From NCBI GenBank assembly GCA_002245135.1, contig NGBS01000345.1, positions 1-48,810 of the forward strand: a stretch of DNA of 48,810 bases, in the 5' to 3' direction. The notes below the pieces were generated by a model that was not told the DNA's origin, did not search any database, and saw only the letters and a list, made by a program, of their open reading frames with translations. Positions 1-12,129 of this stretch are shown piece by piece. A program made the translations under genes and the position numbers. How positions within the stretch are numbered: the stretch's first letter is position 1; each line of letters opens with the position of its first letter. Origin of the DNA: Proteromonas lacertae (Eukaryota).

Positions 1-2
1 AA

Positions 3-1901
3 AATGAAGGTAAATGTAATGAAGGTTATATATCACTAAGTCAAAATGGAAAGCCTCAAAGAGAGTGTTTATCTGATGGAACATGGTCAGAAGTAACTTT
101 TCCTTGTATTAAAGATGATTATTCATTATTAAGGTTTAACTTACAGAATTTAGCTATCACAATGAATAATAAAAATGAGTTTTGTATAAATGGTAATTTG
201 CTATCACAATATGAAGGAGAATGTGATAAATATAATTATAATTTAGTTATAAAGTTATATTATCAATTAAATGGAACAGGAGTAGAGAATTATTATCAAG
301 ATTTTATATTTGATTGTAGAAATGGTAATTACAGTGTAACTAAATTCAAAGCTGATTTATGTATTGATTCTTCATTATACAATAAAATCAAATTCCATTT
401 ATACTATACCAATACTCATATAACTGATTCTTTATTAAATTTAGGTTGTATGAAACAGATAGTTAATGGAAGTGAATGGCAAGCTAGTTTGATAGGTAAA
501 TCGAATGGAACATGTTTAAGTGGTTATAAGACATTAAATGATAATATATCTCATCCAATTCGTGAATGTTTATATGATGGTAATTATGGATATATAATAG
601 AACCTTGTGTTCAAATACCTTCAAATGAAGGTTTCTTGACTGGATCAGTGAAATATGCAATATTTGGAATATCAATATTGTTGCTGTTGATATGTTTGTT
701 ATTATTATGTTGTTGTTTATTGTGTTATGCTTGTGATCGAACAAAGAAGAAACATAAGAAAAGAGTTAGAAATGAAGCAAATATTGATGCAGAAGATGAA
801 GAAAATGATAATGAAGAAAATGAAAATGATAATGAAAATAATAATGAAGATGATGATAAAGATGAAGACAATAAAGATAATTGTGGAACAAATGTAATAT
901 TTAATGATAAAAATGATATAGAATCAATCGATTGTTGGAATGGTTCAATATCTGGTGATTCAAACAATAATCTCAAGAAAGGAATATTGAAGAAGACATC
1001 CTCTAAGTTTGGTAAAAAATCAAGTGCTATTTCATTAACAAATAATGCTAATTATAATATGAATAACGCTAAGAAGAGTGCAGCAACAATGTATTCCATG
1101 AGAACTAATCAATTACATCCTTCAAAATCCTCTAATTTTGCTAAAAACCCCAATTCCAATGAACCATTACGTCACTTTAAATCTTCTCATAATGTATTAA
1201 GATCAAATTCAAAAATAGCTCCATCATTACCAGGAAGTACAAGTGAAATAATGAACGATAATAATTTATTAGGAAGAACTAAATCATCAACATCATGTGG
1301 TTTTAATCCAACATTTTCAACTTCAAACATTGGTTTGAGTAATCCAAATATGCCAGCATTAGCTAGAACTTCATCGAGTAATTATAATCCTCGATTTACA
1401 TCAGCTACACTTGGTTTAAGTAATCCTGGTTCTGTAGTAAACAGTGATAATGAAAGCAGTGGAAATGAATTATTAGGAGCAAGTGTGTCATCTTTAAAGA
1501 AATCAAATGAAAAAATGAATGAAAATATTCCTCCAAAATATCAATTGAATAAAAGACAAAGTATTGGCCGTTCAATATCCTCTGCATTTCCACCTCCACC
1601 ACAACCACAAATACAACCTCCACACGCTCCTTCCAGTAGTAAAACAGTTCGTCATTACACTGTAAGAGGAGGAAATGGTCCAACTCGATCTGTATCTTGT
1701 CGAATACCTAAAAGAGTGAATAAAACAGAAACTACTGAAGTTCATCCATTTGGAGTCGGAAGTCCTATAAAGAGATCTAAATCTACTCTGTTTAGAGAAA
1801 ATAAGAGTGAAATCAGTAATGGTGGTCCAGTTAGACAAATATCGAAGAAAAATAGTAGTAAAGCAATGGAATTAGACTTAGAAATCGAAGATCTTATTTA
1901 G
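3..1901 (+). CDS. Type I membrane/surface protein with Sushi(CCP)-like Cys modules, one TM helix and a low-complexity cytoplasmic tail (5' partial)
   Basis: The frame is open from the window edge into ORF 162..1901. Two modules, GKCNEGY..PQRECLSDGTW..PC and GTCLSGY..PIRECLYDGNY..PC, precede a hydrophobic Cys-rich TM segment (AIFGISILLLLICLLLLCCCLLCYAC) and acidic, Ser/Asn-rich tails. Confidence 0.7.
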   Translation, partial: NEGKCNEGYISLSQNGKPQRECLSDGTWSEVTFPCIKDDYSLLRFNLQNLAITMNNKNEFCINGNLLSQYEGECDKYNYNLVIKLYYQLNGTGVENYYQDFIFDCRNGNYSVTKFKADLCIDSSLYNKIKFHLYYTNTHITDSLLNLGCMKQIVNGSEWQASLIGKSNGTCLSGYKTLNDNISHPIRECLYDGNYGYIIEPCVQIPSNEGFLTGSVKYAIFGISILLLLICLLLLCCCLLCYACDRTKKKHKKRVRNEANIDAEDEENDNEENENDNENNNEDDDKDEDNKDNCGTNVIFNDKNDIESIDCWNGSISGDSNNNLKKGILKKTSSKFGKKSSAISLTNNANYNMNNAKKSAATMYSMRTNQLHPSKSSNFAKNPNSNEPLRHFKSSHNVLRSNSKIAPSLPGSTSEIMNDNNLLGRTKSSTSCGFNPTFSTSNIGLSNPNMPALARTSSSNYNPRFTSATLGLSNPGSVVNSDNESSGNELLGASVSSLKKSNEKMNENIPPKYQLNKRQSIGRSISSAFPPPPQPQIQPPHAPSSSKTVRHYTVRGGNGPTRSVSCRIPKRVNKTETTEVHPFGVGSPIKRSKSTLFRENKSEISNGGPVRQISKKNSSKAMELDLEIEDLI

Positions 1902-2265
1902 ATTTTTTTTTGATATTATTACTTCCAAATTTTTAAATCCTTTTTCTTTTTTTCTCAATATTTTTGTGTGTGTTGTAGGTATAATACAGTATTTAAATAA
2001 ATAAATGATACTAAATGTCAAGCCTAAAGCTTGATATTTTTTATTTAATTTTTTAAATATAGTTTTTTGTTTTTTGTAGCTATGCTTTCCTTGTTTTTTC
2101 GACAAATATGATTTTGACTGATTTTTTTCTATAGTATTTTATGCTTTTCAGCTAGGTGTAAAAGAGACTTATTTTAATTCAAATAAACGTGAAAAGATTA
2201 TTAATTTAGATAGTTTATTAAGTAAATAAAAGCGTCAATATAATATTTAGATGATAGTTCTTATA

Positions 2266-2400
2266 CTATATACAAATGCCTTCTAAAATTCTGGTTAATA
2301 ACTCGTTGAAGAGAGATTTTCGTGGTTCTAACTTACTGTACATCTCTATTTTGGGTGGAGTGACTTTAGACGGAAAGTTGTAGTAAAAGTTGACAGTAAG
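2266..2400 (-). pseudogene. Remnant homologous to the C-terminus of the small ORF of the Polinton-like element
   Basis: Manual translation LTVNFYYNFPSKVTPPKIEMYSKLEPRK...* matches AINIYYNFPSSITPPKIELYSKLE of ORF 20470..20763. An in-frame TAA lies immediately upstream. Confidence 0.75.
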
Positions 2401-2519
2401 TTAATCTGAATCAGATACCTCTAAATCGCTGTCTTCAATTATTATTAGTTCAAACTTCTTTTTATTATAATTTATTAGGTGTATGTGCTGTAAACTTTGG
2501 GAAGTTTGTGTTTAGACGT

Positions 2520-2830
2520 GTGCTCAAAATTTGAACTCGCCTAATCTAGTTAGAGTTTGACTCTAATATTTTATATTACTTGACTATAATTGCTTAATTA
2601 AGAGATTCTGAGAAGATGGTAGAGATAGCACAACTTTTTTTGGTCTAATTTCACGATCTTTTAATGATTTGAGCATTTTTGATCCCAACCTATTGTACAT
2701 AATAACTGTACACAGGATCTTCAGTTTTTTTATTAAATATCTTACTATTAGATGAGAATGCTCAAAATATAATGTGTGATAACACAAGCTCGGCTTGAAT
2801 ATTTTTTTATATTTTATAAAATATGAGCAC
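2520..2830. repeat. ~300-bp MITE-like repeat, diverged relative of 4915..5212 and 11380..11677
   Basis: Ends are GTGCTCAAAAT...ATATGAGCAC. It shares a TGCTCAAA-TTTGAAC start, an identical internal 22-mer TATTGTACATAATAACTGTACA and a TGAGCA end with 4915..5212. Confidence 0.6.
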
Positions 2831-3123
2831 CTGCCTCCTATAGGAAGTTAGGGCTTATTTTTGTTAATTAATTAATAAATACTATTATTTTTTAAACTGT
2901 TTGACTTATTTACTATCTGAATAACTATCTTAAGCTCTATTTCAATCGTTTATCCCATAAAAACAATTTAACTAAGTCATTAAGACATATTTATTTATAA
3001 CTAACTGATAATTGAACCTTTTTCTTAAAAAACAAATCATTCAACTAAATTTTGGCAATCTTGTATCTATTCGAGGAAGTCAACATATTTTACATTTCCA
3101 TAGCTTCTATTATTGTTAAATTA

Positions 3124-4360
3124 TCACCTTCTTGAACATAATTTACTTACATTTATTAAACTACTAGCCATTGGATAAGTTAAGAATTTAGAATCATCTA
3201 CTTCTCGTTTTATAATCATGAATTTTGATAAATTGCTTTCTAAAGCATTTCTTATACCTACAACGAAGTTATCTCTATTGAATTGTAATTGATATACTTC
3301 TACTAATCTTTTCATATATTATAAAGCTACTTCTTTTATATTCAATTTACCTCTCATGATTTAGCATTGAATATCTAGCTTTTACAACCATTCTTTAAAA
3401 TTTCTCAGGTGTAAGTAGACCTTTATCATTTGTAATTGTGATCTTATTAGCTTTACCAATACTCTCTTTTACAACACTTATATTCAAAGCATTATTAGTT
3501 ATTATATATTGTCATAGATTCTTCACCTTCAAACACTTGAATTAACACATCGAGTTGTTAATCACTGTATGTACAAAATACTTGAGTATTATTAACTGAA
3601 ATTTTGATATTAATTGTAATTAATTAACTTCTATTAATCCTTTCATATATTCAAAAGCTAATTCTTTAACTTTGCATAACTTTTACTATGTTAAATCATC
3701 TCTTCTAAAAAACCTTTTTAAATCACTATAATTTCTTTTCTGTTCAATAAACAAGTCTCAATAATTACTTTAACAAGCACACATTCCTATATTATAGTGA
3801 AATTCCCATTGCCCAAATATCACTCAATGGACTTATACTACCTGTTTTAATTGATTTGTTTAATATTTTTATTGCATATTGATTCTTTGATGGATCTTCA
3901 CATAATTCATCTAATTTCTTTATTATTTTATATTGATTGATATGTCCATTACCACTTTGATCTACTTGTAACTTTAATAAATTAGTTTGCTCCATAGGCT
4001 TATCGATTGTTACATGACGTTTTAATTTTGCATGAATATTTTCACTTATATCACAAGTATTGTACTATACTTTTTGACATTTTTTCGAGCTTCTATTTCA
4101 TGAGAGGTTGTGGAATTTCGAGGTGATTCGTTTGTAAGCCAATCATAAACTTCAGGATTATCACACTCTTCAGAACAATAAGACATACCAACTGATCCTA
4201 TTGAATGATGTGTATGCCTACCACCTACAACAGATTGACCAATTGGTCTAACTGAAGGTTTTATTATATTATTAGATGACAATGGTTGGTTTCGAGATGA
4301 ATTCTGTTGACTTCCACCATTTTGGTTTTTTAAAGCTTTTTCATGTATATTTAACTTCAC
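3124..4360 (-). pseudogene. Decayed coding fragments including a protein-kinase C-lobe remnant
   Basis: Short broken ORFs. SPLSDIWAMG resembles kinase subdomain IX. An internal repeat (KEVAL*YMKRLVEVYQLQ vs KELAFEYMKGLIEVN*LQ) carries in-frame stops. Confidence 0.45.
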
Positions 4361-4903
4361 TGTTTTTATTTCTACCTCAGATTCAAAAATATTTGGAACT
4401 ACTACAGGGCTAGAACCCTTACATCCCGTTATTTTCTTTCCAGAATTTTAAATTCAAGAAATATTAATAAACAAAGTGTTAAAAAGTTTGAAGGCTTGTT
4501 ATCTTTATGAAAGATTTTTAATGGTGAATCGTCTGCTTTAGAACCTTTACAAGCTCAAACAAAGTTTCAAGAGTTTTTAAGAGATTATAGTGAAAACAAT
4601 ATTTATATCTACAGGTATATATAAATATATTGATTATTCTTATCACTAGAAAATCATTATTGGAAAATTTCAACAGAGGTAATGAAGATGAAAATATCAA
4701 TCCATCTATAACAGATGTTAATACAAGAACAATAAAAATTCCTAAAGTAATTGAAATAGTTGAAGATACAACTGATGTTGATGATGATAAACATGTTGAG
4801 CTTGATGAAATTAGTTTAATATTGATAATAATAAAGTTCATAAAAAAGTATATCACAGATGTAGGTCGTATGACAAACTAACTATATATTTGGAAAAGTT
4901 CTA

Positions 4904-7219
4904 TTTTGAGCAGCTGCTCAAATTTTGAACAGGCTGTTTCTAATAGCGCCATGAATCTCATATTGAAATTTGTCTGACTATTATAAATTATTATAGCTTT
5001 TCTGAATTGTGTGTGGTATTTAGACATCATCAATGTTAATCATTAGAATAATTATAAGAATTTTGTATATAAATTTATTGTACATAATAACTGTACATTG
5101 GACCTCCAGTTTTTATTCTAATTATTTTGTTATTTCAAGAGAAAAATGAAAAAATATAAATTTAGTCAAGCATTTGGCTTGATTTGAATTTGAAATTTAT
5201 ATATTTTGAGCATTTGTTATGTATAGCAACATATTTTTAATTTTAATTAAATAGATTTCAACTTTATCATAATTTTCAATTATATATATATCAAAAGTCC
5301 ATATTCTTCGTATAATTATATATATTTTTAATTGGTTTAGATTTAAAGAATTATGAAAAGATTATAGATAGAATAGCATACGACTAAATTTATTATGGAA
5401 TGGATTGATTCAAAAATATGGAAGAATGCGTGATAAGCCAGATAGTAAGGAATATAAATCAAAAATGGTTAAGAAAGAGTCTTACTATATCACTTGAAGA
5501 AATAAAGAACATAGTTGCATTGAAAAATGAGAATATAATCTAAATTTAAGTGATATATTTAAATATGAAATGGATTATACTCAAAGATATATTGAATGTA
5601 GTAATAATGGAATACAGGATGTGAAATGTAATGGTTGTAATAGGATTTATAGGAATATCTTCTTCAGAAATTGATTCTTTTTATTAATTGATAATTTACA
5701 CAAATATTTAACATTTATACTTTAATTTGTGTATTTAATATGTGTATGTTACTTAATATTAAATTGGCCTATATCAATGAATTTTAGGATTAAATATGCC
5801 AATTGTTGAACAAGATTCATTTACTTTCAACATTCAAAGATTGATAAAGATATAGATGACATGGTTAGCTTGTCGAAGAACTTGAATGTATTTAGAACTG
5901 AGTTAGGCAAATGACATCCTTTTCGACTTTTGTCCCTTTCACACGCTCAAAATACCCAGTGTTTTCCTGTAGCTGTCCCTTTTGTCCATTTTGCTTTTTT
6001 ATTATCTTTTTAGTTTTTCTGTAATAAATAGTAAAAATAATCAATCACTAAGCAATATATATCAATATAACACATTATACTCCTGCCCTACTGAAAAATT
6101 AACAAATAAATATATTATTTGTCAATTTAACTATTTTTTTAATATATTGTAGTTGCATTTAATTGTTTTCACTCATTTTTTATCCCATTTTATATGCTAT
6201 TCCCTAATCTGTTTCTCTGTTTGTTATGTATCAATCCCTGTATAGAAAAACTATGTTCTATTAAGCTTCTAGAGTTTGGGATTGTTTGTATTCTATGAAG
6301 CTGCTACGTCTTTTATATGACATGATAAAATAAAAAAGCTTGAAAAGAAATCAAGCTTGGATTTATTTCAAAGTTTAATATTTCGTGTTATGATTAAGTA
6401 TTGTTTCTTTTTATGTTCATATGTTTGTAATGTTGTAAATTCGTATGTATAAATCTAAAAATTAATTACTGTTTCTTTGAAATACTGTGAATTAATGAAT
6501 ATTAAAATTTAGCTAAATTTAATCAGTTTATTTTACTGTATATATTCAAATTAGTTATAAGTAGTTTATTAATTTACATTATATTCAGATTATGTCAATT
6601 TGTTTGATATTTCTATTATGAAGTGACGCTATTTATGTAAATGAACAATACATTTATAAGTATGTTATTTAGATAGATTTAATGCATAAAATTTACATAA
6701 TATTTTGATTAATAGAAATGAACATAGGTATATTTGTTCTTAAACAGGTTAATATGTCTTATAAACAATAGGATATATAATATATGTAGTATTTATGATA
6801 AACAAATATTGAATAAAGGGACACAAAAGGAATACTGTCCTTCTTGAAAAAAACATGTTCGATTTCCTTACAGGCTAGACGAGAGAAGAAAGGACAGAAA
6901 GGAGGATATGGCTCCAGAAGGATGTCCTTTCTGCAACTCATATATCACTATATCAACATACATTATATCACATCACTCAATAATATAGAATTAATAATAA
7001 CAATATAATAGAAATTATTGACAAAATTATTGAAAGTGTAATCTAGTATTTCAAGTATGAACTAGTACTTTTTTATGTTTAAAAATATTTAATCGTTTCA
7101 TATTTTGTGGCATTATAATTTATAATCTATTTTCTATATCATACTTGAAAATAAATAATACATGAACATAATAACTATTGATGCCAATGATTTTGTATCA
7201 GTTCCTACTAATGATAGTA
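4904..7219 (+). repeat. Left arm of 2316-bp inverted repeat
   Basis: Reverse complement of 9373..11688. Mirrored ORFs 6759..6941(-) and 9651..9833(+) are identical. Confidence 0.95.
5898..6941. mobile_element. Non-autonomous hAT-like element within the arm (mirror copy 9651..10694)
   Basis: Imperfect TIRs CTGAGTTAGGCAAATGACATCCTT and (reverse complement) ATGAGTTGCAGAAAGGACATCCTT. Subterminal GGGACA/AAAGG motifs resemble the hAT at 32697 (CTGGGTT end). No matching TSD. Confidence 0.45.
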
Positions 7220-9183
7220 GACATACAATAGTCGATCGAAGAAAAAAGGAGTTATATAAACAATGTCAAAAATACCCTCCTTTGGATTCTTTTTATAGCA
7301 TTAATGAATCAATATTTCAGAAGAAATTTAAGTCAATTGGTGATTTATACTTTTTAGTCTATGTATATGCTACACAATATGACTTTGAAGTAGTAGTTAC
7401 TCATGGCAAAAATGTTAGCAAGGAAAAGACATTAAAATTTACTTGTAGTAAAGGAATGTGTCAATTTTATATCAAAGCAAAATATACTGATTATCAAGTT
7501 CATGTCAAATTTAATCCACATTCCCATCAGCTGAATATGGTAAGTAAAAAGATAATTAGTGTTATGACGGATGATATTTTGAATGAAGTGCATTGTATGG
7601 TTATGCAGACAAGAAACACATCTAAAGAAATTATTAATGTTATAAAAAATAATTATAATATTTCAACTCGTGTTATAAAACAGATAGATTGTGAAGTAAA
7701 TAAACTACGTCAAATGTTACGAGATGAAAATTCTGGTAGATACAAATTCTATGAAAGTATAAAATCAAAGTATACATATTTCGAAAATTCTCACTGTACG
7801 CTTGTCATTTTAGACAAAATAAGGTTAAGTAAGTATAGTACATTGTGTTGTGATGGTACTTTTTCTATTTTTCTTGGTCATGAACAGCTATATGTTATAT
7901 ACTCTCAAGTCAGTCCTTCTTTATTAATTATAGTAGCTTTCGCAATTACTCAAAATAAAACCAGTGATACATACAAATTTATATTTAAGAATTTAAATCA
8001 ATATTACAATATAAAGGCAGTTATTCACGACAAAGAGATGGCTGTTGTCAAAGCTCTAAAGGAATTAAATATTAAGTTTGTATTCGACACCTTTCATCTT
8101 CTTATGTGTGTAAAAGATAAGTTGCTTAAACATTTATTATATCAATACATTAAAGATCCTAGTTCAATAAATATTAATGACTTAGATGAAAAATACAAAA
8201 TCTATTTTAATAGGGATGGAATAACTAATTTTGGTATTTATGGATGTCATAGTAGTTCAGCAGTTGAATCTTTAAATCACAAAATCAAAAACGATTTGAA
8301 ATATAGGAAATCACGCTATGATAATGTATTGACAGTACTAGAAAAACTTCATCAACAACAATTTGATAAAATACAATCAATTGCTTCTATAGAGAATGAT
8401 AATAATTTATTATACCAAAATTTATTGTGGGAGGAGTGTAGTAGAAATATTTATAGAGAATTTGAGAGAGTGTATGAAGATAACTATTCTAGCACATTTG
8501 ATGAAGAATCTAATTCATATTATATTAACAATGAGTACAAAATTACAATGAATAATACAAATATCCAGTGTAGTTGTTTTTTACATAACTTTAGTGGAGT
8601 ACCTTGTTCTCACATACTCTATATAATAATAAAATATGGATTAAACTTTGAAATTATTCATTTAATATCAAATGAATGTTTCAAAAGATATTTTCAATCA
8701 ACCATTCCTATAACAGATTACTATTTAGATTATGTTTATCCTGTTGATATAGAGATTATAAATAATACTATTCCTAGTGATGATGTAGATACTGATAATA
8801 TTAATATTCCTATTAATGATAATGAGTTGGATAAAACAGATATTGAAATATTACAGAAAATAATTAGTAATATATACAAAGCTGGCATGTTAAATGATAT
8901 AGATGACACTGTTGAAGAAATATATCAACAAATTAAAAAACCACTTACCCAAAATCTTTATCACACTATATCTGAAAATGACTTTAACAGTTTCATTAAT
9001 AAGGATTATACGAATATAAAACAAGAATCAGCAGTAACAATATTATCAATTATCTATTTATTAATAAGTAAAATCAAAAAAGGATACATAATAATTGATA
9101 AGGATGCTGTACTAAACTACATTAATAATGAAGTGAAGAAGAGAAAAATAGTAATGGAAAAAAGACACAAAACATCATACTAA
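7162..9183 (+). CDS. Mutator-like (MULE) DDE transposase with SWIM zinc finger
   Basis: 673-aa intact ORF with an N-terminal FAR1/WRKY-like C..C..H.H region (FTCSKGMCQF..HSH), DGTF, IHDKEMA, DTFHL, SSAVESLNHKIK and SWIM motif CSCFLHNFSGVPCSH. Confidence 0.92.
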   Translation: MNIITIDANDFVSVPTNDSRHTIVDRRKKELYKQCQKYPPLDSFYSINESIFQKKFKSIGDLYFLVYVYATQYDFEVVVTHGKNVSKEKTLKFTCSKGMCQFYIKAKYTDYQVHVKFNPHSHQLNMVSKKIISVMTDDILNEVHCMVMQTRNTSKEIINVIKNNYNISTRVIKQIDCEVNKLRQMLRDENSGRYKFYESIKSKYTYFENSHCTLVILDKIRLSKYSTLCCDGTFSIFLGHEQLYVIYSQVSPSLLIIVAFAITQNKTSDTYKFIFKNLNQYYNIKAVIHDKEMAVVKALKELNIKFVFDTFHLLMCVKDKLLKHLLYQYIKDPSSININDLDEKYKIYFNRDGITNFGIYGCHSSSAVESLNHKIKNDLKYRKSRYDNVLTVLEKLHQQQFDKIQSIASIENDNNLLYQNLLWEECSRNIYREFERVYEDNYSSTFDEESNSYYINNEYKITMNNTNIQCSCFLHNFSGVPCSHILYIIIKYGLNFEIIHLISNECFKRYFQSTIPITDYYLDYVYPVDIEIINNTIPSDDVDTDNINIPINDNELDKTDIEILQKIISNIYKAGMLNDIDDTVEEIYQQIKKPLTQNLYHTISENDFNSFINKDYTNIKQESAVTILSIIYLLISKIKKGYIIIDKDAVLNYINNEVKKRKIVMEKRHKTSY

Positions 9184-9300
9184 TGATAATATTATAACTT
9201 TTTTGAATTAAGATATTCTTATTGGAATTTATATTCTTTGTGTTAGTTGGATAAACAACTACAGCAATTGTTAAATGTTATTTACGATGATCATCAGAAA

Positions 9301-9318
9301 AACCCTAACCCTAACCCT
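9301..9318 (-). repeat. Interstitial telomere-type repeat (TTAGGG)x3
   Basis: AACCCTAACCCTAACCCT on the + strand. Confidence 0.7.
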
Positions 9319-9372
9319 TTCTCCTTCTATTACTTCATCATTTATTCCATCTTCTATTATTTCATCTTCTAT

Positions 9373-11688
9373 TACTATCATTAGTAGGAACTGATACAAA
9401 ATCATTGGCATCAATAGTTATTATGTTCATGTATTATTTATTTTCAAGTATGATATAGAAAATAGATTATAAATTATAATGCCACAAAATATGAAACGAT
9501 TAAATATTTTTAAACATAAAAAAGTACTAGTTCATACTTGAAATACTAGATTACACTTTCAATAATTTTGTCAATAATTTCTATTATATTGTTATTATTA
9601 ATTCTATATTATTGAGTGATGTGATATAATGTATGTTGATATAGTGATATATGAGTTGCAGAAAGGACATCCTTCTGGAGCCATATCCTCCTTTCTGTCC
9701 TTTCTTCTCTCGTCTAGCCTGTAAGGAAATCGAACATGTTTTTTTCAAGAAGGACAGTATTCCTTTTGTGTCCCTTTATTCAATATTTGTTTATCATAAA
9801 TACTACATATATTATATATCCTATTGTTTATAAGACATATTAACCTGTTTAAGAACAAATATACCTATGTTCATTTCTATTAATCAAAATATTATGTAAA
9901 TTTTATGCATTAAATCTATCTAAATAACATACTTATAAATGTATTGTTCATTTACATAAATAGCGTCACTTCATAATAGAAATATCAAACAAATTGACAT
10001 AATCTGAATATAATGTAAATTAATAAACTACTTATAACTAATTTGAATATATACAGTAAAATAAACTGATTAAATTTAGCTAAATTTTAATATTCATTAA
10101 TTCACAGTATTTCAAAGAAACAGTAATTAATTTTTAGATTTATACATACGAATTTACAACATTACAAACATATGAACATAAAAAGAAACAATACTTAATC
10201 ATAACACGAAATATTAAACTTTGAAATAAATCCAAGCTTGATTTCTTTTCAAGCTTTTTTATTTTATCATGTCATATAAAAGACGTAGCAGCTTCATAGA
10301 ATACAAACAATCCCAAACTCTAGAAGCTTAATAGAACATAGTTTTTCTATACAGGGATTGATACATAACAAACAGAGAAACAGATTAGGGAATAGCATAT
10401 AAAATGGGATAAAAAATGAGTGAAAACAATTAAATGCAACTACAATATATTAAAAAAATAGTTAAATTGACAAATAATATATTTATTTGTTAATTTTTCA
10501 GTAGGGCAGGAGTATAATGTGTTATATTGATATATATTGCTTAGTGATTGATTATTTTTACTATTTATTACAGAAAAACTAAAAAGATAATAAAAAAGCA
10601 AAATGGACAAAAGGGACAGCTACAGGAAAACACTGGGTATTTTGAGCGTGTGAAAGGGACAAAAGTCGAAAAGGATGTCATTTGCCTAACTCAGTTCTAA
10701 ATACATTCAAGTTCTTCGACAAGCTAACCATGTCATCTATATCTTTATCAATCTTTGAATGTTGAAAGTAAATGAATCTTGTTCAACAATTGGCATATTT
10801 AATCCTAAAATTCATTGATATAGGCCAATTTAATATTAAGTAACATACACATATTAAATACACAAATTAAAGTATAAATGTTAAATATTTGTGTAAATTA
10901 TCAATTAATAAAAAGAATCAATTTCTGAAGAAGATATTCCTATAAATCCTATTACAACCATTACATTTCACATCCTGTATTCCATTATTACTACATTCAA
11001 TATATCTTTGAGTATAATCCATTTCATATTTAAATATATCACTTAAATTTAGATTATATTCTCATTTTTCAATGCAACTATGTTCTTTATTTCTTCAAGT
11101 GATATAGTAAGACTCTTTCTTAACCATTTTTGATTTATATTCCTTACTATCTGGCTTATCACGCATTCTTCCATATTTTTGAATCAATCCATTCCATAAT
11201 AAATTTAGTCGTATGCTATTCTATCTATAATCTTTTCATAATTCTTTAAATCTAAACCAATTAAAAATATATATAATTATACGAAGAATATGGACTTTTG
11301 ATATATATATAATTGAAAATTATGATAAAGTTGAAATCTATTTAATTAAAATTAAAAATATGTTGCTATACATAACAAATGCTCAAAATATATAAATTTC
11401 AAATTCAAATCAAGCCAAATGCTTGACTAAATTTATATTTTTTCATTTTTCTCTTGAAATAACAAAATAATTAGAATAAAAACTGGAGGTCCAATGTACA
11501 GTTATTATGTACAATAAATTTATATACAAAATTCTTATAATTATTCTAATGATTAACATTGATGATGTCTAAATACCACACACAATTCAGAAAAGCTATA
11601 ATAATTTATAATAGTCAGACAAATTTCAATATGAGATTCATGGCGCTATTAGAAACAGCCTGTTCAAAATTTGAGCAGCTGCTCAAAA
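9373..11688 (-). repeat. Right arm of 2316-bp inverted repeat
   Basis: Reverse complement of 4904..7219, including a copy of the first 19 transposase codons. Confidence 0.95.
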
Positions 11689-12129
11689 AAAAAATACCCC
11701 ATATATTTGTTAATAACTAACTCCTAACATCATGAATATCATATTAGTTTTGATTGAATCATTCTGCAATATAGAGTTACGCCATACTGGGAACAACAAT
11801 ATTTGTCGAATAATAACTTGATTTTAATGAAAAATAAAAGATTACACCTTATAGTAAAATATTGTCTTATATTTGTTTGGTAAAACTAAAAGGAACAATA
11901 AAATAAAAAACTTAACTCAAAAAATAAAAAAAAGACTGACGTAATTTTTTATACATAGTGTATTAAGAAGTAATAAAATTTGGATAGAATAATTCATACT
12001 CTACAACAGCATTTTATTGTACATAATTAGCTGTACATGTTGTTGTAGTGTAAAAAATGAAAAAATTAATTATTATTTGTCATAATTACATTTTGACCGT
12101 CAATAATTTATTTTGTTGTAATTTGTTGA

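Larger units (their letters stand above)
4904..11688. mobile_element. Fold-back structure: MULE transposase between 2.3-kb inverted repeats
   Basis: Arms pair at a constant coordinate sum of 16592 at every point checked, and the spacer holds a MULE ORF. No TSD found. Confidence 0.7.

Noticed and set aside
484..2105. Minus-strand ORFs overlapping the first gene
   Set aside because: Antisense shadows of low-complexity coding sequence.
4630..4881. Possible remnant of a MULE C-terminus
   Set aside because: Similarity to the 673-aa protein is weak and confined to low-complexity acidic sequence.
4890..11700. TSD around the MULE fold-back
   Set aside because: The flanks (GGAAAAGTTCTA vs AAAAAATACCCC) share no convincing 8-11-bp direct repeat.
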